Positions 1-9,184 of a stretch of DNA of 64,000 nucleotides are shown here, in pieces. Position 1 is the stretch's first letter; the number at the start of each line of letters is the position of its first letter. A program made the translations under genes and the position numbers. The notes under the pieces are model-generated. The model was not told the origin of the DNA. It made no database searches and saw only the letters and a list, made by a program, of their open reading frames with translations. This DNA comes from Candidatus Latescibacterota bacterium (GTDB lineage Bacteria; Latescibacterota; UBA2968): NCBI GenBank assembly GCA_965116885.1, contig OZ220741.1, forward strand, positions 64,001-128,000, written 5' to 3'.

Positions 1-1
1 C

Positions 2-313
2 GACATTGGCTTACCAGCCCTCGACGCGCTACCCGCTATTCGCAACGCACTCTCAGACCGCGACGACTGGGTACGCCACAATGCCACGCGCGCATTAACC
101 ATCTGGAGCAAAGCAGCCGAAACTGCCCGCGATGACTTGCTCACAGCACTAAAAGACCAGGAGCCTTTTGTCGGCTTCAACGCGCTAACAGCTCTGGAAC
201 ACATGGACCGCGTTGACGATGCCCAGGTACTGCCGTTGCTAAAAGCAATGCAACACCACGAACACACGCGATTGCGCTACCAGATAAACGAAATGCTCCA
301 GCGCGTAGCCTGA
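2..313 (+). CDS. HEAT-repeat protein, C-terminal part (5' truncated by window edge)
   Basis: Manual translation of frame +2 gives DIGLPALDALPAIRNALSDRDDWVRHNATRAL...LLTALKDQEPFVGFNALTAL, the HEAT L-x-D-x-D-x-x-V-R pattern; stop TGA at 311-313. Confidence 0.75.
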   Translation, partial: DIGLPALDALPAIRNALSDRDDWVRHNATRALTIWSKAAETARDDLLTALKDQEPFVGFNALTALEHMDRVDDAQVLPLLKAMQHHEHTRLRYQINEMLQRVA

Positions 314-340
314 CCGAATGTTAAATATATGTTACAGGTC

Positions 341-369
341 TTGACTTTTGCGTTGAATACTTATAATGT
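341..369 (+). promoter_or_regulatory. Putative sigma-70 promoter upstream of the CBM48 gene
   Basis: TTGACT (341-346), then TAATGT at 17-bp spacing (364-369), overlapping TATAAT (362-367). Confidence 0.45.
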
Positions 370-418
370 TGCCCGTGCTTGAGACATATTTCCACGTTTC
401 TATTCAGCGAGGACTACA

Positions 419-676
419 ATGTCAGACAAAAAACGGGTTTACTTTCAAGTGGAAGCACCCAGGGCGGGTGCTGTTGTCGTATCGGGCGACTTTAACAACT
501 GGGAACAACGGTCTTTGAAACTCAATAAAAAGGGCCAGTGGACAACCTGGACAACGCTAACACCGGGGCGGTATGAATATCGGTATCAGATCGACGGTGA
601 ATGGCGCAATGATCCTGAAGCACCTGCTGTACCCAATGATTTTGGGTCGGAGAACAATGTCGTGGTTGTAGGATAA
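419..676 (+). CDS. Glycogen-binding CBM48 / isoamylase early-set domain protein
   Basis: VVVSGDFNNW...GRYEYRYQIDGEWRNDP...NDFGSENNV motifs; GAGG RBS upstream. Confidence 0.85.
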   Translation: MSDKKRVYFQVEAPRAGAVVVSGDFNNWEQRSLKLNKKGQWTTWTTLTPGRYEYRYQIDGEWRNDPEAPAVPNDFGSENNVVVVG

Positions 677-700
677 AACCCACTCAAAATTCCAATACAG

Positions 701-743
701 AATCGCCTGCCTCTATCTCGGGCAGGCGATTTTTGCGTTTTTT
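701..743 (+). terminator. Rho-independent terminator
   Basis: AATCGCCTGCC / GGCAGGCGATT stem followed by a T-rich tract. Confidence 0.8.
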
Positions 744-806
744 AACACTTTCATATATTTTCTCGTATGCGTATTTTGCACAACCATCAGGCATTGAGGA
801 GGTATA

Positions 807-1634
807 ATGTATTCCAAACGCGAGCAATTAATTCAAGAGGGATTCTGTGTATTTGAAAATGTGCTCACTCCCGAGATGGTTGCGCGTACAAACGCGGTAT
901 CCAATCGCCTGTTAGACGCGCAAGACGCCGAGTATTTTGAGGCACAAAAATCGACGGGCAGTTTGATCAGCATTTACAATGACGACTTTTTTGCCGAACT
1001 GGTCACATGGCCAAAAGCACTAAGTGCTCTGCGAGAAATGGGCTTTGATCACCCCACCTTTTCATCGGGTTTCATAATCAGCAAACCCCCGCACAGCCCA
1101 CCCCTATTCTGGCATCAGGATTGGTGGGGATGGAACGATCCCATCAGCTACGAACCCCTACCGCAACAGGTATTTTTAATGTACTATCTCGTAGATACCT
1201 CGCGTGAAAACGGGTGTTTGAGATTAATCGAAGGCTCGCACTTAAAACGACATCCCCTGCACGATCTGGCCCCCGAAGCACATACCGAAGATCTGAGGCG
1301 CGTATCTGACCCAGACCATCCGGCCTATCAGTCGTATCCCGACGAGCGCGATGTACCCGTACGCGCTGGCGACCTGGTCATCGGAGATTCGCGGTTATTG
1401 CACAGCGCACACGCCAACAAAACGGATCAGCGGCGGACAGTGATCACACTGTGGTACCACCCGATATACAACGAATTGCCCGACGGCATGCGCGCCCGCC
1501 TGGCGAACCGGCACCCGATTCCAGATTACTGGTCTGAAGAAGCCGCCCACAAAATCGTGTCCTTAATGCCCATTTACGAAGGCGATGGCGAAGAACTCGA
1601 ATGGAATCGTGTCCCAGGACCAGCGTTGGTGTGA
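807..1634 (+). CDS. Phytanoyl-CoA dioxygenase (PhyH) family Fe(II)/2-oxoglutarate oxygenase
   Basis: WHQD, ENGCLRLIEGSH, GDLVIGDSRLLHSA..N...RR motifs; GAGGAG RBS. Confidence 0.9.
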   Translation: MYSKREQLIQEGFCVFENVLTPEMVARTNAVSNRLLDAQDAEYFEAQKSTGSLISIYNDDFFAELVTWPKALSALREMGFDHPTFSSGFIISKPPHSPPLFWHQDWWGWNDPISYEPLPQQVFLMYYLVDTSRENGCLRLIEGSHLKRHPLHDLAPEAHTEDLRRVSDPDHPAYQSYPDERDVPVRAGDLVIGDSRLLHSAHANKTDQRRTVITLWYHPIYNELPDGMRARLANRHPIPDYWSEEAAHKIVSLMPIYEGDGEELEWNRVPGPALV

Positions 1635-1894
1635 TGATTATGACCAAACCAAAACTATATGAAGAAGTGGCAATAGCGCGCAACATACCGGAAGAAAACT
1701 TAAAACAGGGTGATGTTGCTGTCGTGGTCGAGTACATACCGCATCCTGCAGGTGGAGAAGAAGGGGCAATTTTAGAGATTTTTAATGCTATTGACGAATC
1801 CGTAGCCGTGGCCACAGTGCCCATCTCTGCGATTAAATCGCTGCGTGCGGATCAAGTGCTGATGGTGCGGGAGATGGCCCCTGCAGGATCGTAA
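1634..1894 (+). CDS. DUF4926-like small protein
   Basis: LYEEVAIARNIPEENLKQGDVAVVVE...LEIFNA..SVAVATV pattern; ATG overlaps the upstream stop (alternative start 1640). Confidence 0.7.
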   Translation: MIMTKPKLYEEVAIARNIPEENLKQGDVAVVVEYIPHPAGGEEGAILEIFNAIDESVAVATVPISAIKSLRADQVLMVREMAPAGS

Positions 1895-1914
1895 AAACCA
1901 CAAAGCGAAAAGAT

Positions 1915-2967
1915 ATGAAAATCGCCGTCCTCATCTCTGGTGGTGTCGATAGTTCGGTGGCTTTGAACATATTAAAAAACGAAGGCCACGACCTGACGGC
2001 ATTTTACTTAAAAGTATGGCTCGAAGACGAACTCGCTTTCCTGGGGGAGTGTCCCTGGGAAGCCGACCTGAAATTTGTCCGTGCCGTATGCGATCAACTC
2101 GATGTACCGCTACAAGTGATCTCCCTGCAATCGGAATACCTCGAACGCGTCGTATCTTATGCACTCGACGAACTGCGCGCTGGACGCACACCCAGTCCCG
2201 ATATATTTTGCAACCAGCGGATCAAATTTGGTGCATTCTTTGACCACATAGACAGCAGCTATGAAAAAGTGGCAACCGGGCACTACGCACAAATCGCACG
2301 GAGCAACGGAACTTATCATCTAAAACGCGCCCCCGACCCCATCAAAGATCAGACCTACTTCTTATCCGGCATGTATCAATCGCAGGTCGCGCGGGCATTA
2401 TTTCCCATCGGAAACATGATGAAAAACGAAGTGCGCCAACTCGCGCGGGATTTTGACCTGCCAAATCAAGCGCGAAAAGACAGCCAAGGAATATGCTTCT
2501 TAGGCAAAATCAGATACCCAGACTTTATCGCATTTCATCTTGGCGAAAAAAAAGGCGACATTATCGACAGAGAAACCGGACAAATCCTGGGACCTCATCG
2601 GGGCTACTATTATTACACAATTGGACAGCGGTATGGCCTGGGATTGGGCGGGGGCCCCTGGTACGTCGTGCAAAAAGATATCGAGCGCAACATCATCTAT
2701 GTATCCCACGCCACGAAGCACCAGAACACATCGCGCAACCAATTTGTCGCCACAAATCCCAATTGGATAGCAGAACCACCTGACAAAAACGCCCTGCAAT
2801 TAAAACTGCGTCACGGTCCAGAACTGATCAACTGTGAAATCGAAGCAATGAATAACAACCAATTATCCGTAACCATAGCAGAAAAAGACTCCGGCATAGC
2901 GCCCGGACAATTCGCCGTATTTTACGACGGCGACCTCTGCCTCGGTAGCGCGGTAATTAACCAATAA
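1915..2967 (+). CDS. mnmA: tRNA-specific 2-thiouridylase MnmA
   Basis: SGGVDS PP-loop, TPSPDIFCN..IKF, ATGHYA, KDQTYFL, DSQGICF, PGQFAVFY. Confidence 0.97.
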   Translation: MKIAVLISGGVDSSVALNILKNEGHDLTAFYLKVWLEDELAFLGECPWEADLKFVRAVCDQLDVPLQVISLQSEYLERVVSYALDELRAGRTPSPDIFCNQRIKFGAFFDHIDSSYEKVATGHYAQIARSNGTYHLKRAPDPIKDQTYFLSGMYQSQVARALFPIGNMMKNEVRQLARDFDLPNQARKDSQGICFLGKIRYPDFIAFHLGEKKGDIIDRETGQILGPHRGYYYYTIGQRYGLGLGGGPWYVVQKDIERNIIYVSHATKHQNTSRNQFVATNPNWIAEPPDKNALQLKLRHGPELINCEIEAMNNNQLSVTIAEKDSGIAPGQFAVFYDGDLCLGSAVINQ

Positions 2968-2981
2968 AAGAAGAGGGTATA

Positions 2982-3731
2982 ATGAGCATTGAACAGGCGC
3001 GTGCCGCCGTTGAATCCGGCGATATAGATACATTGAAAAGACTGATGGCAGAAGATCCGCAACTGGTCAATAAAACCACAGCGGACAATCCCCGCACACT
3101 TTTGCACACCCTCTGCGACTATCCCGCACACAGACCCAGATGCCGCGAATCCGCAGAAATTTTGATACGCTCAGGTGCAGATGTCAATGCGCGGGCAAAA
3201 TTCGCGGGAAAAACCGACCCTGGCGAAACACCCCTGCATTGGGCAGCCAGCAGCGACGATGCGAAAATGATAGAAGTGCTACTCGACAGCGGTGCGGAAA
3301 TCGACATCGATGGCGGGAATATTGCAAACGGCACACCGCTCTGGGAAGCCGTGATATTCGGCATGCAAAACGCCGCGGCAAAACTGATCGAGCGCGGGGC
3401 AACCTGCAATCTGATGATCGCTGCCGGCGTGGGGCGACTGGATCTCGTTGAGAAATTTTTCGATAAGAAAGGCAATATAACCGATACGGCGGGCATTCTG
3501 CCCGGATGGTCAGAACCCCGACCTGTGCGAGACTGTATCGACAGTGCCTTCGGAATGGCATGCCGCAATGGACACCTCAAAACCGCCAGATGGTTGCTGG
3601 AAAAAAAACCGGATATCAACCGCAAAAATCCCGTTGGCGAAACGCCTCTGGATCAAGCCGTGGACAGAAAACACACCGAAGTTGCGAACTGGTTGATGAC
3701 AATTGGCGCAAAACGATCCGCAAACCTGTAA
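2982..3731 (+). CDS. Ankyrin repeat protein
   Basis: GETPLHWAA, GADVNAR, GTPLWEA, GETPLDQA ankyrin units. Confidence 0.9.
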   Translation: MSIEQARAAVESGDIDTLKRLMAEDPQLVNKTTADNPRTLLHTLCDYPAHRPRCRESAEILIRSGADVNARAKFAGKTDPGETPLHWAASSDDAKMIEVLLDSGAEIDIDGGNIANGTPLWEAVIFGMQNAAAKLIERGATCNLMIAAGVGRLDLVEKFFDKKGNITDTAGILPGWSEPRPVRDCIDSAFGMACRNGHLKTARWLLEKKPDINRKNPVGETPLDQAVDRKHTEVANWLMTIGAKRSANL

Positions 3732-3757
3732 TGCCATCGCATTGAAGGAAACCCAAC

Positions 3758-4702
3758 ATGAACAAAGTAGGACTGGTACAACATCCCGATTTTCAAAAAC
3801 ACGACACAGGAGGCGCGCATCCCGAGCGACCCGAGCGACTACAAACACTACATGCCCATCTGGATGCAACGGGCTTGACAAAAGACCTCATCACACTCGA
3901 ACCCCGACATGTCGATATCTCCTATTTGGAAAAAGCGCACACCCCCGAGCACATTGCAAATGTAAAATCCCGATGTACACAGGGCATCACGTACATGGAC
4001 GATTTTGACACCAGGATCTGTCCACTATCTTTTGACATAGCCCGACTCGCTGTTGGCGCCACATTTGAAGCGATTGACGCAGTTATGGACGCACGCGTAC
4101 ACACGGCTTTTTGTGCCGTACGCCCCCCCGGACACCACGCCGAACGCAATCACGCAATGGGATTTTGTCTATTTAGCAATGCGGTCATAGCCGCGCGATA
4201 TATACAAGAAACATATTCCCTTGAACGCGTGACAATTGTAGATTGGGACGTACATCACGGCAATGGCACACAGCACATATTAGAAACTGATCCCTCGGTA
4301 TTCTTCTTTAGCATCCACCAATACCCCCATTATCCCGGCACGGGGCGGGATGACGAAACAGGTATTGGCGCAGGAGAAGGATTCACACTAAATGCACCCG
4401 TGCCCGCAGGCAGCGATGACGCAGTGTACTTGCGTATATTCGACGACGTATTTTTACCCGCTATGAACGCATTTAAACCGCAATTTGTCATTATCTCCGC
4501 TGGATTTGACGCGCATCGGTCCGATCCCTTATCGGCCACTCAAGTGACGGAATCCGGTTTTGCCGAAATGACAAAACGCGTGATGGCTGTCGCACAAGAT
4601 CACGCAGAAGGACGGTTAATCTCCCTCCTGGAAGGCGGGTATGATCTGGGTGGCCTCTCGCGCAGCGTCGAATCCCATATAAAGGAACTCATGAATGGGT
4701 AA
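3758..4702 (+). CDS. Histone deacetylase family (class II-like) amidohydrolase
   Basis: HPERPERL, RPPGHHA, MGFCLF, DWDVHHGNGTQ, SAGFDAH..DPL, LEGGY. Confidence 0.95.
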   Translation: MNKVGLVQHPDFQKHDTGGAHPERPERLQTLHAHLDATGLTKDLITLEPRHVDISYLEKAHTPEHIANVKSRCTQGITYMDDFDTRICPLSFDIARLAVGATFEAIDAVMDARVHTAFCAVRPPGHHAERNHAMGFCLFSNAVIAARYIQETYSLERVTIVDWDVHHGNGTQHILETDPSVFFFSIHQYPHYPGTGRDDETGIGAGEGFTLNAPVPAGSDDAVYLRIFDDVFLPAMNAFKPQFVIISAGFDAHRSDPLSATQVTESGFAEMTKRVMAVAQDHAEGRLISLLEGGYDLGGLSRSVESHIKELMNG

Positions 4703-5582
4703 TACGAAAAAAGTTGTAGCATTTCAAGGTGAACCCGGTGCATTCAGTGAAATGGCCGCGCGCTCGTACTTTGGCAAAGACGTCGAAGTCGTACCGCAAC
4801 GCAATTTCTCAGCCCTGTTTGCCGCCGTCGAACACGAAGAATGTACACACGGCATGGTACCCATTGAAAATTCATTAATGGGCAGCATCCACGAAAATTA
4901 CGATCACCTGTCGGCGCACCATTTACAGATCGTCGGCGAACTGAAGTTGCGCATCGTACACAATCTAATTGTAAACCCCGGAGTAAAATTAGAAGACATC
5001 CGCCATATCTATTCCCAGGCACCAGCACTGGCGCAATGTACGCAATTCACTGCATCTCTATCGCAAGCCGAAACAGTTATGACCTCCGACACCGCAGGAG
5101 CCGTAAAAGCTTTGAAAACATCGGGCGCACGCGATGCGGCTGCAATAGCGAGTGCCCAGGCAGCCTGGGATTACGATCTGGAAATTTTGCAGACGGGTAT
5201 TGAAGACGACCATCAAAACTACACGCGATTTTTAGTCGTCACATCCGAAGCGCTATCACCTGAAAATCCAGACATCCAAATGCCCGCAAAAACATCGATC
5301 GTATTCGCCATGAAAAACGTGCCCGGCGCATTGTTTAAAAGTCTAAGCGTATTTGCATTGCGCGACCTCAACCTGCTCAAAATCGAATCTCGCCCCCTCG
5401 CGGGCAAACCCTGGGAATACGCCTTCTCGCTCGACTTTGAGGGCCATATCCATCAAGAACCCTGTGCCCGCGCCATTGAACACCTGCGCGAAATCGCCAC
5501 CTTTGTAAAAATTCTCGGTTCTTATCGACAAGGGGACATGGTCGAAGGCAAAGTTTGGAAACGCGAAAAAAATAAAGTATGA
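4695..5582 (+). CDS. pheA: Prephenate dehydratase (PDT plus ACT domain)
   Basis: AFQGEPGAFSEMA, VPIENS, NYTRF, KIESRP motifs. Confidence 0.93.
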   Translation: MGNTKKVVAFQGEPGAFSEMAARSYFGKDVEVVPQRNFSALFAAVEHEECTHGMVPIENSLMGSIHENYDHLSAHHLQIVGELKLRIVHNLIVNPGVKLEDIRHIYSQAPALAQCTQFTASLSQAETVMTSDTAGAVKALKTSGARDAAAIASAQAAWDYDLEILQTGIEDDHQNYTRFLVVTSEALSPENPDIQMPAKTSIVFAMKNVPGALFKSLSVFALRDLNLLKIESRPLAGKPWEYAFSLDFEGHIHQEPCARAIEHLREIATFVKILGSYRQGDMVEGKVWKREKNKV

Positions 5583-7720
5583 AAGGATTCTACATGGCAA
5601 GCCAAAGGTACAAAAACCTGTATGCACAAATAGAAACATCATTGCGAGAAAAACCAAAACGCACACAACTCTACAACGCAGTCAAACGGGCGCGAGATGC
5701 GCGACGCACGGCAATTGATATTTTGCCACAAGGAGAGGCATTTCGCAAAGAAGTCCGCGACATCAAAGTGCGGTGCCTGCACAATCTGGACGACCTGGTC
5801 GATCAATTTGCCGCAAAAGTTGAATCGCGCGGAGCAAAAGTATTTCTCGCAAAAGACGGTGCTGCTGCGATTGACTATATCTTAAAACTATCAGCAGAGA
5901 AAAACGCCGAGACCGTGGCAAAATCAAAATCGCTAACAAGCGAAGAGATTGAAGTCAATCACCCGATGGAGGACGCGGGCTTAGAAGTCATAGAAACCGA
6001 CCTCGGCGAGCTTATTATCCAGAAAGTCCACGAAAAACCATTCCATCTCGTATTTCCCGCTGTCCATAAAACCGCAGTTGAAGTAGCCGAAATATTCAAA
6101 AAAGAAACAGGTGAAGACGTCCCCAACGATGTAGATGCCATCATGAAAATCGTGCGCAAATACCTGCGACCGATTTTTCTCAACGCCGACATCGGCATGA
6201 CAGGCGCGAACGTGGGCGTCGCCGAATCCGGCACAATCCTGATCGAAACCAACGAAGGCAATGCCCGTCTCGTATCGAGCATCCCCGATGTACACATCTG
6301 CATTATGGGACGCGAAAAAGTAGTGGAAACAGTAGAAGACGCATTGCAAATGATGCTGGCGCATCCCGTCAGCGCAGTCGGCCAACACACGACAACCTAT
6401 GTAACCTGGATGAGTGGCAGATCGCCCCTGGGCGAGGGAGAGGGACGCGCGCCGCGAGAATCGCATATCATCATCCTGGACAATGGCCGAACCAGAATGC
6501 AAGAAGACCCCCTCTTCTCAGACGCGCTCAACTGCATCCGCTGCGGCGCCTGCATGAATATCTGCCCGACATACGGCGTAGTCGGCGGCCATGCATTTGG
6601 ATACATATACCCCGGACCGATAGGCATACCGTGGACAGCTGAAGTTCACGGCGTGGATAAAGCTGGCGACTTCGCCCCACTGTGTATTTCGTGTGGATTG
6701 TGCAAAGAAATATGTCCAGCAGAAATCGACATCCCAATGATGATAGCCGGGGTAAAAGACCGCGACAGCGAAGCCAATCCGCATCCACGCGTCAACAAAA
6801 TGCTGATGGCCGCTGAAAAAGCCGCAAAAATGAGCAGTTTGACAGCACCCATATCCAACTGGATGATGGACAATGGACTGGTGCGATGGGCAATGGAAAA
6901 AGTGATGGGCATTGACCGGCGGCGCCAGCTACCCAAATTCAGCCGAAAAACACTCGTAAAACGCTTCGCAAAACGCGGGCCATCTCCCGTAGCGAATCCC
7001 ATTCGCAAAGTGGCTTTTTTCACAGACCTGTTTGCCAATTACAACGACCCCGACCTGGGAATGGCGGCAATTGAACGACTGGAAGCACTCGGTTGCGAAG
7101 TCATCATCCCCCCGCAAAAAAGCAGCGGATACCCCTACATCGGCTACGGCGACCTGAAAAACGCGAAAAAAATTGCACGCGAGAACGTAGATCTCCTCCT
7201 CCCCTATATACAGCAGGGCTATGAGGTGGTTGCAACAGAACCCACGGCAGCGTATTGCCTGAAAATCTCATACCCCAAATTGCTCGATAAAGCAGACGAC
7301 GCCGTCTCTGTCGCCGAGCACACATACGAGTTTTTCGAGTTCCTATCCCTGCTCGAAAGCAATATTTCAGATGAAGAGCAAAATACCCTACGCGGACGCG
7401 CATTTGGATTCCACATCCCCTGCCACCAGCGTCCCCTGGGAGCGGGAGAACACGCAATGGCATTCTTGCGCCAGCGCGGTGCAGACGTCGCCCTCATCGA
7501 AACGGGCACCTGTTGTGGCATGGCGGGAACATTTGGCCTGAAAGCCGGACCACTCGGCTACGAACTCGCACAGGCTGTTGGAGAACCACTCTTCGAAGGC
7601 TTCCGCGAAGCCGATGTAGAAGCCATCGTCACAGAAAGCAGCGTGTGCGCCATCCACCTATCTGAAGGAACTGAACTCGAAGTCTGGCATCCCTTAAATC
7701 TGCTTCGTCTCCTGGAATAG
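5579..7720 (+). CDS. LutB/LldF-type LUD + 4Fe-4S protein fused to a C-terminal CCG (GlpC-like) domain
   Basis: KSKSLTSEEI, ETDLGE, TNEGNAR, CIRCGACMNICP, CISCGLCKEICP; C-terminal HIPCHQR and TCCGMAGTFG. Confidence 0.85.
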   Translation: MKGFYMASQRYKNLYAQIETSLREKPKRTQLYNAVKRARDARRTAIDILPQGEAFRKEVRDIKVRCLHNLDDLVDQFAAKVESRGAKVFLAKDGAAAIDYILKLSAEKNAETVAKSKSLTSEEIEVNHPMEDAGLEVIETDLGELIIQKVHEKPFHLVFPAVHKTAVEVAEIFKKETGEDVPNDVDAIMKIVRKYLRPIFLNADIGMTGANVGVAESGTILIETNEGNARLVSSIPDVHICIMGREKVVETVEDALQMMLAHPVSAVGQHTTTYVTWMSGRSPLGEGEGRAPRESHIIILDNGRTRMQEDPLFSDALNCIRCGACMNICPTYGVVGGHAFGYIYPGPIGIPWTAEVHGVDKAGDFAPLCISCGLCKEICPAEIDIPMMIAGVKDRDSEANPHPRVNKMLMAAEKAAKMSSLTAPISNWMMDNGLVRWAMEKVMGIDRRRQLPKFSRKTLVKRFAKRGPSPVANPIRKVAFFTDLFANYNDPDLGMAAIERLEALGCEVIIPPQKSSGYPYIGYGDLKNAKKIARENVDLLLPYIQQGYEVVATEPTAAYCLKISYPKLLDKADDAVSVAEHTYEFFEFLSLLESNISDEEQNTLRGRAFGFHIPCHQRPLGAGEHAMAFLRQRGADVALIETGTCCGMAGTFGLKAGPLGYELAQAVGEPLFEGFREADVEAIVTESSVCAIHLSEGTELEVWHPLNLLRLLE

Positions 7721-7739
7721 ATCATATCCTGTCCTGTAG

Positions 7740-7813
7740 GACCTACCCCCCTAACCCCCCTTCCTGCGAGGAAGGGGGGATCATGTCTCCCCTCTTCGTC
7801 TCGGGGAGAGGTC
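7740..7813. repeat. REP-like composite palindromic element / possible terminator
   Basis: Hairpin CCCCCCTTCCT-GCG-AGGAAGGGGGG (7755-7779), second stem TCTCCCC/GGGGAGA (7786-7809), outer GACCT/AGGTC. Confidence 0.6.
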
Positions 7814-7844
7814 AGAATTATTTTTGAAACAATTCAAAAAAAAC

Positions 7845-7881
7845 TTGCATTTTAACACAAGTGTATTATATTAGTAATACA
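7845..7881 (+). promoter_or_regulatory. Promoter overlapped by a YtrA-type GntR operator
   Basis: TTGCAT (7845-7850) and TATATT (7867-7872); perfect palindrome TGTATTA-N6-TAATACA (7862-7881). Confidence 0.75.
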
Positions 7882-7908
7882 GTAATTCACTTATTGAGAG
7901 AATACCTC

Positions 7909-8304
7909 ATGTTGATCTCGATTGACCACCACAATGGCATACCCGTTTTTCGCCAGATCATCGACCAGGTGAAATTCCACGTAGTCAGCGGGCTACTCGC
8001 GCCGGGAGACGAATTGCCCTCGACCCGTGCATTATCGGGACAACTGGGACTCAACCCAATGACAGTAAGCAAAGCGTACAGCCTGTTGGAAGCAGAGGGA
8101 TTGGTCGAGCGGCGGCGCGGACGACCTTTAACCGTAAAACCCTTACGAGATCAGACCGTACACGCTGAAAAACTGGCACAACTCAAACCACAACTCACGC
8201 AATTGGCAACAATGGTTCGGCAGTTGGGGATTGATCGGGCGGAAGTCGTAGATCTTTTTCTCTCCATCTTAGATACCCTGGAGGAAGACAATGATGGCAC
8301 ATAA
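7909..8304 (+). CDS. GntR family regulator, YtrA subfamily
   Basis: IPVFRQIIDQVK...PGDELPSTRALS..LGLNPMTVSKAY..LE.EG; short C-terminal domain; followed by an ABC ATPase. Confidence 0.92.
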   Translation: MLISIDHHNGIPVFRQIIDQVKFHVVSGLLAPGDELPSTRALSGQLGLNPMTVSKAYSLLEAEGLVERRRGRPLTVKPLRDQTVHAEKLAQLKPQLTQLATMVRQLGIDRAEVVDLFLSILDTLEEDNDGT

Positions 8305-9184
8305 CCAGACATCTGTATTTGAAGCCACATCTTTAACTAAAAAATTCAGTGACACCACAGCGCTCAACTCCGTAACGCTCTCTCTCGGGGCGCATCGCGT
8401 AATTGGATTGATCGGACGCAATGGCGGAGGCAAAACCACCTTGATCCAGCACATGATCGGCCTGTATTTGCCCACAGAGGGAACGTGTCAAACACTGGGA
8501 CAAACGTGTGATCAGTTGGGGGCAAACGAACTCTCGCGCATAGGCGTAGTACACCAGGAAAATCGCTTTTTTGAATGGATGACCGTCAAACAGCATCTGC
8601 GCTATGTGTCCTCATTTTACGAAATATGGGACCGCGACCTGGAAGCGCATCTGCTGCGCGAACTCGAACTGGAAACCTCCGCGCGCGTGGGCAACCTGTC
8701 TTCGGGGAATATGCAAAAATTGGGAATCATTCTGGCAGTATGTCATCATCCCGAATTATTGATCTTAGATGAGCCGGTCAGTGGCCTGGACCCTATCGCG
8801 AGAGAGACATTGTTGAAATTTCTAATGACACTCCTATCTGAAGACGAAAACACAATCGTGATCTCCTCCCACATTCTGCGGGACATCGAAAAAATAGTAG
8901 ATTGGGTCGTATGCCTCGACGAAGGTGTGGTCAAAGCCGACAAATCACTGGACGATCTGCACCAGACCTACGCAAAATGGACAGTCACAGGAAACAATCT
9001 GCCCCAGCAATTTTCTGAACCTTATATCCTGTCGCAAACAGTGAACGGAGTACAGGCACAATTGATCGTCAACCAGACACTGGGCAACGCAGACCAATTC
9101 AAACAGACTTATCAGGCTGATGTCACCAGTCAGTCCCTGAACCTCGACCAGCTATTTCCCATCCTGATTCGGGAGGGCGCGTAA
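8291..9184 (+). CDS. ABC transporter ATP-binding protein (YtrB-like)
   Basis: GRNGGGKTT Walker A, LSSGN signature, LILDEP Walker B, SSH switch. Confidence 0.93.
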   Translation: MMAHNQTSVFEATSLTKKFSDTTALNSVTLSLGAHRVIGLIGRNGGGKTTLIQHMIGLYLPTEGTCQTLGQTCDQLGANELSRIGVVHQENRFFEWMTVKQHLRYVSSFYEIWDRDLEAHLLRELELETSARVGNLSSGNMQKLGIILAVCHHPELLILDEPVSGLDPIARETLLKFLMTLLSEDENTIVISSHILRDIEKIVDWVVCLDEGVVKADKSLDDLHQTYAKWTVTGNNLPQQFSEPYILSQTVNGVQAQLIVNQTLGNADQFKQTYQADVTSQSLNLDQLFPILIREGA

